DNA of 64,000 bases from Sumerlaeia bacterium (GTDB taxonomy: Bacteria; Sumerlaeota; Sumerlaeia; SLMS01; JAHLLQ01). Positions 39,335-49,317 of the stretch are shown piece by piece (within the stretch, counting starts at the first letter, position 1; each line of letters starts with the position of its first letter). The notes under the pieces were generated by a model. It did not search any database and had not been told where the DNA came from. It worked only from the letters and a program-made list of their open reading frames with translations. The translations under genes and the position numbers were made by a program. The stretch spans positions 45,344 through 109,343 of the forward strand of contig JAVJSW010000008.1 of assembly GCA_040219255.1 (NCBI GenBank), written 5' to 3'.

Positions 39335-42300
39335 ATGGTCTTTCCCCGATCGCTTCCGCTGATTCTTGCCGCTGTCTGGCACGCCTTATCGATCGTGCCC
39401 GGCTTCGCGCAGGCAGCTCCGTTGCCGCCGGGGGGTCTGCTCTCGCCCAGCCGTCCGGCCCTCTTGCTGCCCGTGACAGAGGTCCGCAGCCATCCGGACC
39501 GAGTGGCGTTTTCCCTTACCGTTCCGGCAAGCGAGCGGAACGAGAAGAGTGTCGCGGCTCTCTTCGCCACGCCGCCGGGCAGCGTGACCCTGCATGTGGA
39601 GTCGGTGACACTGGCCCATTTCCGCACAGCGAACCGCGTGACCCTGACGGATCGGGAGAAGCTGCGTCCGTTGCTGGAGCAGCCGCGCTTCAAGCAAGCC
39701 GTCAACGCGAAGGTCCTGGGGGATTTGCGCGGCGTGCAGTTGACGCGCCTGCTGCTCGACCCCCGCGCCCACTTCGTCCACGAGAGCGACCGCTATGAGT
39801 TGATCGCTCTGGAAGCGGAATTGCGCTTTCAGACTTGGGAACCGCGGGAGCTGGCGGACTCGGCGCTGACGGACCCGGCCAGCCCGATGCGGCTCTTGCT
39901 GGACAAGGCGGTCGTGAACCCGGAGGCGATCCCGGCCTATGCCCGGAACACAGCGGCGGCGCCCGCGAAGGATTTCCCCCAAGCCGCCACCTGGCAGCCG
40001 CTGCCTGGAGAATCGGCGGCGGAGTTTCCCTGGCGCAAGATTCCCGTCGCGGCCAACGACCTCTATATCATCGACGGCCGCTGGCTGAGCCAGGAAGGCC
40101 TGGACCCGGCCGCGGTGGCGCCGGAGCGGCTGCGGCTCGTGTCGCGGGGCGAATCCGTGGAACTGTTTCGCCTCGGCGGAGAGACCTTCTCGCGGGGCGC
40201 ACGGTTGGTCTTCGCCGGCCAAGGCAGCGACTCCGAGCACACGACCGAGCGCATGTACTGGCTCGGCATGGCCCCCGACGAAGCGACGACGGCGGCGCTG
40301 ATCGCCGAGCGGCCGGAACCGCCGGCGGACACCGGCGCTTACCTGCCGGTCCAGACGACCCGCCGCCGCCTCGTTGTGGAGGAAGACCTGGAAATGAAGA
40401 CGCGGGTGGGCAATTTCCTCAGCATCCGCGAGCTGACCTGGGTCTGGCGCCAACTGCCCTGGCAAACGAGAGAAAGCTTCGAATTCTACGCGCCCGGGCT
40501 GGCCTTTCCCGCACCGCCGGCCACCGGACAAATCGACTTCTATTTCGCCGGAACGGGCCTGCGCCGCGTGGTGCGGCTGGACGGTTATCTGAACGGCGAA
40601 AAGGTGATTTCCGCCGCGAACGTGCATCCGCGGATCGATACGCTGGAGTTTAACATTCCGGCGGGCGTCCTGAAGAACGATCGGAACGTGTTGGAACTCG
40701 AGATTCTCGATAAGGAAAGCGGCAATCAGCCCTCGCCGGTGTACCTCAATCGCTTCGCGCTGCGTTACGAGAGTCTGATCAAGGCCACGGCGGGGCGAAT
40801 GGCCCTGAATTTCGAGGACGACACGGCGACCAGCGGGCCTGTCATGCTGGAGGCGATCGGCTTCCGGAGGGGCCGCATGCTGGCGCTGGACTTGACGGAT
40901 CCGTCCCGGCCCGAACTTCTGCCCTCGGTGCCGGAACGAAGCCAGACCCACGTTTACGCCGATGTGACATCTCGAACGCGATTGCTCCTGGTGGAGGACG
41001 ACTCTCTGACGCGGGCGCCACAGTCGCGGCCTTCGGATTGGGCCGCGGTGCGCGAGGAGAACCAGAGCGCCGACGTGCTGCTGATCGCCCATAACGAGTT
41101 CCGCGAGGCCGCCGAACGATTGGCGGCGGACCTGCGCAGCGCGGGGCGGGAAACCCGGCTCGTGGACGTGGCCTCGCTCTACGACGCCTACAGCCATGGT
41201 GAAGTCTCCCCCGCCGCCATCCGGCTTTATATCCGCGACGCAGTGACGCGGTGGACGGGCCGGCGCCCCGCGGCGGCGATCCTGATCGGCGATTGCACCA
41301 GCGACGGGCGCAACCGGTCGCGCACCGGAGTGCGCAATTACCTGCCGACGATTTCCCTCAGCAAGGGCAGCCGTGAAAACCTCGACACCTTCGCATCCGA
41401 CCACGTTTACGCCCAGGTCATGGGCGAAGACGAATTGGGCGATTTGCTGATTGGCCGCCTGTCGGTCGCCACCCCGGAAGACGCCGCCACCGTGGTCGAC
41501 AAGATCGTGGCCTACCGGCGACTGAGCCACGAAGACTGGGCCGGTGCGTTCTTGAGTCTGGCCGATGGCGAGGAATTCCAGGAAACGGCGGAGATCGTTG
41601 CGGAGAAAGCCATGTCTCCCCGCCTGTTTCACCGGCACATTTCCCTCGCCGAGATGCAGTGGGAGGAAAACTACTACCTCCTGCCCCAGTACATCAGCGG
41701 ACTCGAAGCGCGCGTCTCCTCGCACGCGACGGACCTCCTGGAGGCGGCGGTCGAAGAGGGCCTCGGAATGGTCACGTTCTATGGCCACGGCTCGCCCAAC
41801 ATCTGGTCGAATCAGCGCATCTGGTTCGGCGGCGACAGCGCCAACAGCGACAACCTGCGCTTGGACAACGGGAGCAAACTCCCCTACTTCGTCTCCTACA
41901 CATGTAACAATGGAGCCATCGATTATCCGCTGCCGCGCTGGAACGTCAACATCGCCGAGGACGCCATGCGGGTCCAGGGCGGCGGTTTCATCGGCTGCTG
42001 GGTTCCTTCCGGGCCGGGATTCAGTTACCGGCACCGGTACATTTCCCAGGGACTCAATCAGGCGATCAGCCACCTGGACGTGCGCAATGTGGCGGTTGCG
42101 GCGGAGCTGGGCCGATTGTCCTATCAGGCGACTCTGGGGCCGGACGATCATTCGCAAATGTACATCTTCCTGGGTGATCCGACGCTGGAATTGCCCATGC
42201 CCGAGATGCCGGAAGAGGGACTTCGGGCTCAAATTCTGAGAACTACGCCGCGTGTCCTGAAGCTCGAGCTGTATGGTGCGGAATGGAAGGAAGCGGTCGG

Positions 42301-43846
42301 GACGCTGAGGACGGAAACTGGCGTCCTGATCGGTACGACACGGCTCCACCCGGCCGGCCCGCGCGCCATGCAGGGCGAAATCGCGCTGCCCATGGACGTG
42401 CCCGGCGGGGTTTTGAACGCCACCGTGCAAGCCAAGAATGCCGACGGCATCCCCCATCAGTTCGGTCAGATCTTCCCCGTGGAAGCCCCCGACATCGTGG
42501 TGACGGACTTGCGCCGCGCCACCGACCGGCCGACGACGGCGCCTCTCCAGCGGATCGAAGCGCTAATCGAGAACCGGGGACGGTTCGAGGCGGAGTCGGA
42601 AATCATCCTGTCACGATGGACGGCGGATGGCCCGGTGCGGCTGACGAACGAACGAATTCGCCTGTCGCCTGGCGAGTTCCTCGTCTGGGGCTGGGAGGCC
42701 GAGCTGCCGCCGGGCGCTCATGTGTACCAGGCCGAACTGACCCCCGCCCGGTCGGAGAATAACCGAGCCGGTTTTCCGACTGCGGACGCCTACGCCGCAC
42801 TGGTGACCGGCGAGGCGGATGCGGAGCAGGCGCGCTTCGCGGTGCCGGCGCAACCGTTCCTCTTCCGCCCCAGCCAAGAAGGCAGCCAAATGACGCTTGA
42901 ATTCCATTTGGCGAACACCGGCTCGGCGGACGATTACGCGACGCTGAACTACGCGGTGGAGGGGCCCGGCGTAACGAGCTTTGACGGGAAGAAAAGCATC
43001 GGTCATATGCCCGCCCAGAGCGGTGCCTACGCCCTGGTGGTACCGCGCATCGAAGAAAGGGTCTGGTCCGAAGGTGCGCGGATGCGTCTCTCCGCGTCGC
43101 CGACGAACGACGCGCTGGCGATCGCGCCAACTGGAAGACTCACGGCGGAGATTTCTCCCATCGATCTGCCCGATCTGCGCTTTCGACCCGAGTCAGTGAA
43201 GCTGCAAACGCCCGCCGTTGGCCAAGGGCAGACGGTCCTGGTGGAGGGCATCGTGGAAAACGCGGGCGGCGGCATCGCCCCGGCAACGGAAGTTCAACTC
43301 TATCCCGGATCGGAAATGAAAGGTCCAGGGACGCGGAAGCTGTTTTCGGCGATCACCCACCCCGGAGCGGCGATCCCGCCCCTGCAGCCAGGCGAGTCGT
43401 ACAAATTCCGGGCGCGCTGGGATCCGGACAAGGACCTCGGCAAGCAGTCGTTCCATGTGGTGGTGGGCGAAAATCGCAACGTGGTGGAGCGTGATTGGGA
43501 AAACAACTCCGCCCCCCTCACGGTGGAAATCCGCAAGCTGTGGGAGTTGAGCCCGTTGCCCCTGCGGTTCGCCAAGGGCTCCGAGCCGGGGACGGCCCTG
43601 CTCCTGGCGGAGGTCGCCAACACCGGCGAAACGGACGCTGAGCTGGTCGTTGTGGAGTTCTACGGGGACAAGGAAACGACGGCGGAAAATAGCCTGGGAA
43701 CGGTGACAATCCCAATCGTTCCGGCGGGTCAACAGCGGCTGGCGCAATTTGAGTGGGACCTGCGCGGGCTCGATCCGTCGATTCCCCGGGAACCGTCCTA
43801 CAGTGTGGGCTTAAGAGGGAGCATGCGGCGCTACGCCCCGAAGTGA
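39335..43846 (+). CDS. Secreted C25 (gingipain/PorU-like) cysteine peptidase with C-terminal CARDB/Ig-like domains
   Basis: Signal peptide, ILIGD, DLLIGRL, catalytic YGHG and YTCN, FLGDP, then PDL...VEN.G...E..WENN CARDB-like repeats. Confidence 0.85.
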   Translation: MVFPRSLPLILAAVWHALSIVPGFAQAAPLPPGGLLSPSRPALLLPVTEVRSHPDRVAFSLTVPASERNEKSVAALFATPPGSVTLHVESVTLAHFRTANRVTLTDREKLRPLLEQPRFKQAVNAKVLGDLRGVQLTRLLLDPRAHFVHESDRYELIALEAELRFQTWEPRELADSALTDPASPMRLLLDKAVVNPEAIPAYARNTAAAPAKDFPQAATWQPLPGESAAEFPWRKIPVAANDLYIIDGRWLSQEGLDPAAVAPERLRLVSRGESVELFRLGGETFSRGARLVFAGQGSDSEHTTERMYWLGMAPDEATTAALIAERPEPPADTGAYLPVQTTRRRLVVEEDLEMKTRVGNFLSIRELTWVWRQLPWQTRESFEFYAPGLAFPAPPATGQIDFYFAGTGLRRVVRLDGYLNGEKVISAANVHPRIDTLEFNIPAGVLKNDRNVLELEILDKESGNQPSPVYLNRFALRYESLIKATAGRMALNFEDDTATSGPVMLEAIGFRRGRMLALDLTDPSRPELLPSVPERSQTHVYADVTSRTRLLLVEDDSLTRAPQSRPSDWAAVREENQSADVLLIAHNEFREAAERLAADLRSAGRETRLVDVASLYDAYSHGEVSPAAIRLYIRDAVTRWTGRRPAAAILIGDCTSDGRNRSRTGVRNYLPTISLSKGSRENLDTFASDHVYAQVMGEDELGDLLIGRLSVATPEDAATVVDKIVAYRRLSHEDWAGAFLSLADGEEFQETAEIVAEKAMSPRLFHRHISLAEMQWEENYYLLPQYISGLEARVSSHATDLLEAAVEEGLGMVTFYGHGSPNIWSNQRIWFGGDSANSDNLRLDNGSKLPYFVSYTCNNGAIDYPLPRWNVNIAEDAMRVQGGGFIGCWVPSGPGFSYRHRYISQGLNQAISHLDVRNVAVAAELGRLSYQATLGPDDHSQMYIFLGDPTLELPMPEMPEEGLRAQILRTTPRVLKLELYGAEWKEAVGTLRTETGVLIGTTRLHPAGPRAMQGEIALPMDVPGGVLNATVQAKNADGIPHQFGQIFPVEAPDIVVTDLRRATDRPTTAPLQRIEALIENRGRFEAESEIILSRWTADGPVRLTNERIRLSPGEFLVWGWEAELPPGAHVYQAELTPARSENNRAGFPTADAYAALVTGEADAEQARFAVPAQPFLFRPSQEGSQMTLEFHLANTGSADDYATLNYAVEGPGVTSFDGKKSIGHMPAQSGAYALVVPRIEERVWSEGARMRLSASPTNDALAIAPTGRLTAEISPIDLPDLRFRPESVKLQTPAVGQGQTVLVEGIVENAGGGIAPATEVQLYPGSEMKGPGTRKLFSAITHPGAAIPPLQPGESYKFRARWDPDKDLGKQSFHVVVGENRNVVERDWENNSAPLTVEIRKLWELSPLPLRFAKGSEPGTALLLAEVANTGETDAELVVVEFYGDKETTAENSLGTVTIPIVPAGQQRLAQFEWDLRGLDPSIPREPSYSVGLRGSMRRYAPK

Positions 43847-43868
43847 GGCGCGTCGCGACAAAGAAGGA

Positions 43869-43888
43869 GGCCGCCTTGCGAAGGCGGC
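43869..43888. terminator. Hairpin between convergent genes, probable terminator
   Basis: GGCCGCCTT-GCG-AAGGCGGCC stem-loop. Confidence 0.6.
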
Positions 43889-43896
43889 CGGACCGA

Positions 43897-44190
43897 TTAT
43901 TGGGCGGGCGGGATGATCTTGATTTCTTTGCCCGGCTTGAAGGTCACGACCTTGTGCGCGGGAATAGGATATTCCTTGCGGTTCTTCGGGTTACGGCCGA
44001 TGCGGGCCTTGCGGGTCTTGATCTGGAAAACACCGAAGTCACGCACTTCCAGCCTCTGGTCGCGGACCACGATCTCCTTGATCGACTCGATGATGGTGTC
44101 GACGAGTTCGAGCGCTTCTTTGTCCTTCAACGGCTGCTCTTCCGTGGAAAGTTCTTCGGCGACGCGTTTGACGATATCCGCTTTAATCAT
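43897..44190 (-). CDS. HU/IHF family DNA-binding protein
   Basis: MIKADIV, EVRDFGVF, ARIGRNPK and FKPGK. Confidence 0.93.
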   Translation of the reverse strand: MIKADIVKRVAEELSTEEQPLKDKEALELVDTIIESIKEIVVRDQRLEVRDFGVFQIKTRKARIGRNPKNRKEYPIPAHKVVTFKPGKEIKIIPPAQ

Positions 44191-44315
44191 GATGAAACCA
44201 GTGTTCCGCTCGGAGTGTTCGGTTTTCGTATTCCTTCGATAAGCCCAAAGGACCCCCCCGCCGCAAGACCTTTTCTGCAACAGATTTCCCCTGCCCCGGT
44301 TTGAGAATAGGAGGG

Positions 44316-45356
44316 TTATTCCGGTTCGATGCCGTATTCCCGGCACACCGCCAGGAAATCTTCGGGAAGCTCATCCCTAAAGGTGAGCCAGCGACTCGCT
44401 TTGTTGGGATGCTGGAACTTCAGCCGCACCGCGTGAAGCATCATGCGGTGCGTGTTCTTGCGCTTCGCCACGCTTTTCTTTTTTCCCGATGGCCGCTCTT
44501 TCGGGTCGCGCGCCGCGGGAACGATCTTCCAGTACACCGGATCGCCCAGCACCGGGCAACCGGCGGCGGCGCAATGGATGCGAATCTGGTGCTGGCGGCC
44601 CGTTTCGAGCCGTAGCTCGAGGAGCGAGACGCCATTCTTGCGCTGCTTCACCCGAAAGTGAGTGATGGCTTCCCGCTCCTCGCCCTTCAGGGCGACCTTG
44701 CCCGCCTCGGGCATCGGGCCCACCACCCGCCGCACGCCGTCGGCGCCGATACCCAAGACGTTGTGCCACGTGCCTGTGTCGCTCGACGGACCGCCCTGCA
44801 CCAAAGCGAAGTAGCGGCGCTCCATGGTGCGGCCGGCCGCCTGCTTCTGAAGGATTCTTCCCGCGTCGACGGTCTTGCCGAGAACCATGACGCCGCTGGT
44901 CAGTTTGTCGAGGCGCTGCACGACGACCGGGTTGATGACGGGCTGTTTCTTGGCACGCCAGTAGTGCTTGACGATTTCGACGACGGGCTGGCCCCCCTGC
45001 TCGTCCTGAGTGGGTTGCACCAGAACTCCGGCGGCCTTTGAAACCACCACCAGGTCGTCGTCGTCGTGGAGAACGCGAACCCGCTCGGCGAGGGACTTCC
45101 GCTTGGGGGTGCCTTCGCCTCGCAGCCCATGCCGCAAATCGACCGCGAGGTCCTGGCCGGGCTCGAGGATCGTGTCCAGATCGGTCAGCGGCTCGCCGCC
45201 GGTGGTGACGAGGTTGTTGTTGACCATGAGCACGTAGGTGCGGCTGGGCAGGCCCGGCAAGAGCCGTTCGAGGAGCTGGCGCAATCGAAGCTCCGCCCAA
45301 CGGTCTTCGTAGGGAAATTCGTAGAGCTTCTGGGGAAGAGAGAGTTTCTTGGACAT
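44316..45356 (-). CDS. RluA/RluD family pseudouridine synthase
   Basis: VVSKAAG, QRLDKLTSG, TGRQHQIRIH, GDPVY and MLHA. Confidence 0.9.
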   Translation of the reverse strand: MSKKLSLPQKLYEFPYEDRWAELRLRQLLERLLPGLPSRTYVLMVNNNLVTTGGEPLTDLDTILEPGQDLAVDLRHGLRGEGTPKRKSLAERVRVLHDDDDLVVVSKAAGVLVQPTQDEQGGQPVVEIVKHYWRAKKQPVINPVVVQRLDKLTSGVMVLGKTVDAGRILQKQAAGRTMERRYFALVQGGPSSDTGTWHNVLGIGADGVRRVVGPMPEAGKVALKGEEREAITHFRVKQRKNGVSLLELRLETGRQHQIRIHCAAAGCPVLGDPVYWKIVPAARDPKERPSGKKKSVAKRKNTHRMMLHAVRLKFQHPNKASRWLTFRDELPEDFLAVCREYGIEPE

Positions 45357-45530
45357 CAGGGGCGGCAGCGTACCCGCCGCCGCCCGCCGCGCAAGGGCAG
45401 ATCGCTGTGGAGCGGAAAGAGAATCGCCGGCTGCTCCTCCAGAGTCCGATCGGGCACGTTGGCGGCAAGCGAATCGGACTTGGCGCCGGGGCGCCCTCGC
45501 GCACACGATGGGGACTCAGGAAAGCGGGCC

Positions 45531-45561
45531 TTGACGTATCGCCTACCAAGTTAGTAGGAAT
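45531..45561 (+). promoter_or_regulatory. Sulfite reductase promoter with an overlapping palindromic operator
   Basis: TTGACG at 45531 followed by CCTAC-N7-GTAGG (45542-45558). Confidence 0.5.
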
Positions 45562-45591
45562 TCGGCCGCACAACACGACCACGGAAGGTTT

Positions 45592-47346
45592 TTGACCGTG
45601 ACTTCTCCCTCGGGCAATAGCGAGACTCCTCTCAAGAAAAGCAAAGTCGAAGAAATCAAGGAGGCCAGCAGCGGCCTCTATGGCACGATTCCCGACGAAA
45701 TCGGCGCCGAGCACGTTTGCTTCAGCGAGACGAGCATCCAGGTCCTCAAGCACCACGGCACCTATCAGCAAGACAACCGCGACCTGCGTAGCGAGCGCCG
45801 CAAAGCCGGTCTCGACAAGGACTACCGCATGATGGTCCGCACCAAGACGCCCGGCGGCCTGATGACCGCTGAAGGCTATCTGGCCTGCGACGATCTCGCC
45901 AGCAAGTACGGCCAGGACGACCTGCGCATCACCAGCCGCCAGGGCTTCCAGTTCCACGGCGTTCTCAAGGGCAACCTGCGCGCCCTGATCAAGGACCTGA
46001 ACACCTTCGCCCAGATGCACACCAAGGGCGCCTGTGGCGACGTGGTGCGCAACGTGACGTGCAGCAACGTGGTGGATATCGACCCCGCCTACGCGAAGCT
46101 CGGCGCCGACCTCTTCGCGCTCTCCACGAAGATCAGCGACCACTTCCTGCCCCAGTCCAGGAGCTACTACGACCTGTGGCTGGACGACGAGAAGGTCTCG
46201 ATCGATGCCGATGGCAACGTGTCCTACAAGGCCAAACACGCGGCGAAGCCCGAGGACGAACCGATCTACAAGCAAGCCTACCTGCCCCGCAAGTTCAAGA
46301 TCGGCGTCGCCACGGATTTCGATAACTCGATCGATGTCTATACGAACGATCTGGGCGTGATCGCCTGCACCAAAGACGGTAAGATCACCGGCTACGAGAT
46401 TCTGATCGGCGGCGGCCTGGGGCACAGCCACTCCAAACAGGACACCTACGCCCGTCTCGGCTCGGCCATCGCCAACGTCGCCGAATCGGAAATCATTCCC
46501 GTCATCGAAGCCGTCGTCGGCGTGCAGCGCGATTTCGGCAACCGCGAGCAGCGCCATCAGGCCCGCATGAAATACACCATCGACGGCATGGGCCTGGAAG
46601 CCTTCCGCGAGAAGGTGCAGGAATATTACGGCAAGCCCCTGCCCGCGGCCACCGGCATCGCGCCCAGCGCCCAGCCGGATTATTTGGGCTGGCACAAGGA
46701 AATCACTCCGGGCCTGAACTATGTCGGTATCTGGGTCGAGAACGGCCGCATCCGCGATTTCGCCGATGGCATCAAGTTCCGCACCGGCCTGCGGAAAATC
46801 ATCGAAACCTATAAGCCATCCGTGCGCCTGACCGCCCACCACAACATTGTCCTCTCGGGCATCGGCGACGCGGACGTGGATGCCGTGAAGGCCATCATGG
46901 CCGAGTACGGTCTGCCCACGCAGGACAGCATCAGCCCCCTGCGCCGGATGGAAATGGCCTGCCCCGCGCTGCCCCTCTGCGGTCTGGCGCTGGCTGAGGC
47001 GGAGCGCGAGATGCCCCGCCTCCTCAAGCAGGTCGAAGACCTGGGCCACGGCGACGCGGACGTCATCATCCGTATGACCGGCTGCCCGAATAACTGCGCC
47101 CGGCCCGCCTCGGCGGAAATCGGCATCATTGGCCGCGGACCCAACAAGTACAACGTCTATGTGGGCGGCAACCGCACCGGCACACGCCTGAACACGTTGG
47201 TCAAGGACACCATCACGGTGGAAGACCTGCCGGCGACGCTCGGCAAACTTCTGGGCGACTGGAAGGCGGAACGCGAGGACGGCGAGGCCTTTGGCGACTG
47301 GGCCCACCGCGTGGGATACGAAGAGCTGACGGCGCGGCTGGCGTAA
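45592..47346 (+). CDS. cysI: Sulfite reductase hemoprotein (siroheme/4Fe-4S)
   Basis: HGTYQQDNRD, TSRQGFQFHG, ACGDVVRN, YLPRKFK, ACPALPLCGLA and TGCPNNC. Confidence 0.9.
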   Translation: MTVTSPSGNSETPLKKSKVEEIKEASSGLYGTIPDEIGAEHVCFSETSIQVLKHHGTYQQDNRDLRSERRKAGLDKDYRMMVRTKTPGGLMTAEGYLACDDLASKYGQDDLRITSRQGFQFHGVLKGNLRALIKDLNTFAQMHTKGACGDVVRNVTCSNVVDIDPAYAKLGADLFALSTKISDHFLPQSRSYYDLWLDDEKVSIDADGNVSYKAKHAAKPEDEPIYKQAYLPRKFKIGVATDFDNSIDVYTNDLGVIACTKDGKITGYEILIGGGLGHSHSKQDTYARLGSAIANVAESEIIPVIEAVVGVQRDFGNREQRHQARMKYTIDGMGLEAFREKVQEYYGKPLPAATGIAPSAQPDYLGWHKEITPGLNYVGIWVENGRIRDFADGIKFRTGLRKIIETYKPSVRLTAHHNIVLSGIGDADVDAVKAIMAEYGLPTQDSISPLRRMEMACPALPLCGLALAEAEREMPRLLKQVEDLGHGDADVIIRMTGCPNNCARPASAEIGIIGRGPNKYNVYVGGNRTGTRLNTLVKDTITVEDLPATLGKLLGDWKAEREDGEAFGDWAHRVGYEELTARLA

Positions 47347-47354
47347 GGTTCCGG

Positions 47355-47388
47355 GAGGCGGCCCGATGGGGGCCGCCTCCATGCTTTT
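47355..47388 (+). terminator. Rho-independent terminator after sulfite reductase
   Basis: GGAGGCGGCCC...GGGCCGCCTCC stem followed by T-rich runs. Confidence 0.7.
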
Positions 47389-47646
47389 CCCCAACTTTTT
47401 CCATTTTTTCGGACATCAAGGTTTAAGTCCGTGACTTTTGCCCTTGACGTTGTGGGTGGTTATTTGTGCCCGTAAGGGCGGATGCCGAAATACACTTTCG
47501 AAACTGGCTTCCCACTCCCCTCCAAACGAAACGCTGCCCGCCGGGTTTTCCCGCCCGAGGGGTTTGGTTTGGCCGGGTTGTGTTCCTTCTCCCGCTCGCG
47601 TTGATGAACGCTGCAATTCGAACCCCGCTCCGAAGAGGTACCAGCA

Positions 47647-49200
47647 ATGCCCGAGTTTGTTCTCGATGACGATCCCACCGGATTCGCCAAAATTAAAGTC
47701 GTCGGTGTCGGCGGCGGTGGCTGCAATGCCGTCGACTCCATGTTCGACCTGGGTCTCCAGAATGTCGAATTCTATGTGGTCAACTCCGACCTCCAGGCCC
47801 TCAAGCGCACCAAGTGCCCCAACCGCATCCAGATCGGTGCGGAACTGACCCAAGGCCGTGGCTGCGGCGCCGACCCGAACCTGGGCGCGCAGTGCATGGA
47901 AGACGCCCGCGACATGATGGTCGAGACGCTCCAGGGCGCCGACATCGTCTTCATCACCGCCGGCCTCGGCGGCGGCACCGGCACCGGCGCCGCTCCTGTC
48001 TGCGCGTCTATCGCCAAGGAAATGGGCATCCTGACCGTTTCCGTCGTGACCAAGCCCTTCAAATTCGAAGGCCCCCGCCGCAACAAGTCCGCCACCGGCG
48101 GCCTCGACCGCATGCGCGACGCCAGCGACACCGTCATCGTCATCAACAACGAGCGCCTCCTTGACGTCGTCGGCCCCAAAGTTCCGATGAAGGAAGCTTT
48201 CCAGACCGCCGACCGCGTTCTTTCCCAGGCCGTATCGAGCATCGCCGACCTCGTCGCGACGCCGGGCCTGATCAACGTGGACTTCAACGACATCCGCACC
48301 ATCATGGGCGGCAAGGGCGGCGCCGTGATGGGCGTCGGCGTCGGCAAGGGCGAATCCCGCGCCACCGAAGCCGTCCGCAAGGCCACCAGCAGCCCCCTCC
48401 TCGACAAAGTCGTCATCGACGGCGCCACCGGCGTGCTCATCTGCATCACCGGCGGCCCCGACATGACTCTGCAGGAAGTCAGCGAAGCCACCGAACTCGT
48501 TCAGGCCTCCGCCGATCCGGAAGCGGAAATCATCTTTGGCGCCGTGATCGACGAGTCGCTCAACGACACCATGCGCGTGACCCTGATCGCCACCGGCTTC
48601 AGCGACGAACTGCACCGCAAGCGCGAGTTGGAGAAAGCCTTCCACAGCGCCCCCACCTATCCCGCTCACAGCCAGCAGCAGCCCAACTACGGCCCCGCGC
48701 CGGGCCGCCAGCCCGGCGCCCAGCCCCGCCAGGAATCACACGGCGGCTACTATGACGAACCCCAGGCCTCCCGCGCTCCGCAGGCGCCTCGCGCCTCTTC
48801 GAGCCTGCGCGAGTCCTTCGAAAACCTGGTCGAAGGGCCCGCCTTCGGCGGCGCCAAGGGCCAGCCGGCTCCCGCCCCCAAAGCCGAAGCGCCCCAGCCC
48901 CAGGTGATGGAAGCCCCCATCTTCGACGAAATGCCCGACGTGGCCCCGCATCAGCACGACCCCTCGGGCCCGCAGATCCGCGTCGCGCCTTCACAGCGCA
49001 CGGGCGCGCCGAACACCAACGGCACCAACGGCGGCCCCCGCATCCGCCCCGCCGGTTCGAGCGATCAGAACCACGTGAACCACGGCTCCGGTTCGTCCGC
49101 CTCCGTGCCGCAGTACAACCCGGATCAGGAAGAGCAGGAAGACCTGGACAAGCCGGCCTTCATGCGCCGCAACCGCCGTCCCCGCAACCTGTTCGATTGA
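47647..49200 (+). CDS. ftsZ: Cell division protein FtsZ with a long C-terminal linker
   Basis: IKVVGVGGGGCNAV, GLGGGTGTG, NVDFND, C-terminal DLDKPAFMRR. Confidence 0.97.
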   Translation: MPEFVLDDDPTGFAKIKVVGVGGGGCNAVDSMFDLGLQNVEFYVVNSDLQALKRTKCPNRIQIGAELTQGRGCGADPNLGAQCMEDARDMMVETLQGADIVFITAGLGGGTGTGAAPVCASIAKEMGILTVSVVTKPFKFEGPRRNKSATGGLDRMRDASDTVIVINNERLLDVVGPKVPMKEAFQTADRVLSQAVSSIADLVATPGLINVDFNDIRTIMGGKGGAVMGVGVGKGESRATEAVRKATSSPLLDKVVIDGATGVLICITGGPDMTLQEVSEATELVQASADPEAEIIFGAVIDESLNDTMRVTLIATGFSDELHRKRELEKAFHSAPTYPAHSQQQPNYGPAPGRQPGAQPRQESHGGYYDEPQASRAPQAPRASSSLRESFENLVEGPAFGGAKGQPAPAPKAEAPQPQVMEAPIFDEMPDVAPHQHDPSGPQIRVAPSQRTGAPNTNGTNGGPRIRPAGSSDQNHVNHGSGSSASVPQYNPDQEEQEDLDKPAFMRRNRRPRNLFD

Positions 49201-49245
49201 TAGCACCCGATCATCAGCGCGAGTAATCGAGAGTCCCCTGACCGC

Positions 49246-49270
49246 TCCCCCGGCCGGGGGATTTTTCTTT
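49246..49270 (+). terminator. Rho-independent terminator after ftsZ
   Basis: TCCCCCGGCCGGGGGA followed by TTTTTCTTT. Confidence 0.65.
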
Positions 49271-49317
49271 GCCCCTCGCGCGAATAAGTCGAATCCCTCG
49301 GCCGTAGGAACAGAGCC

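Noticed and set aside
39386-42457. 1023-aa minus-strand ORF
   Set aside because: Antisense to the C25 peptidase, which carries the recognisable motifs.
44377-47394. 1005-aa minus-strand ORF
   Set aside because: Antisense shadow of the sulfite reductase gene plus an off-frame overlap of the RluA gene; no motifs, typical of high-GC DNA.
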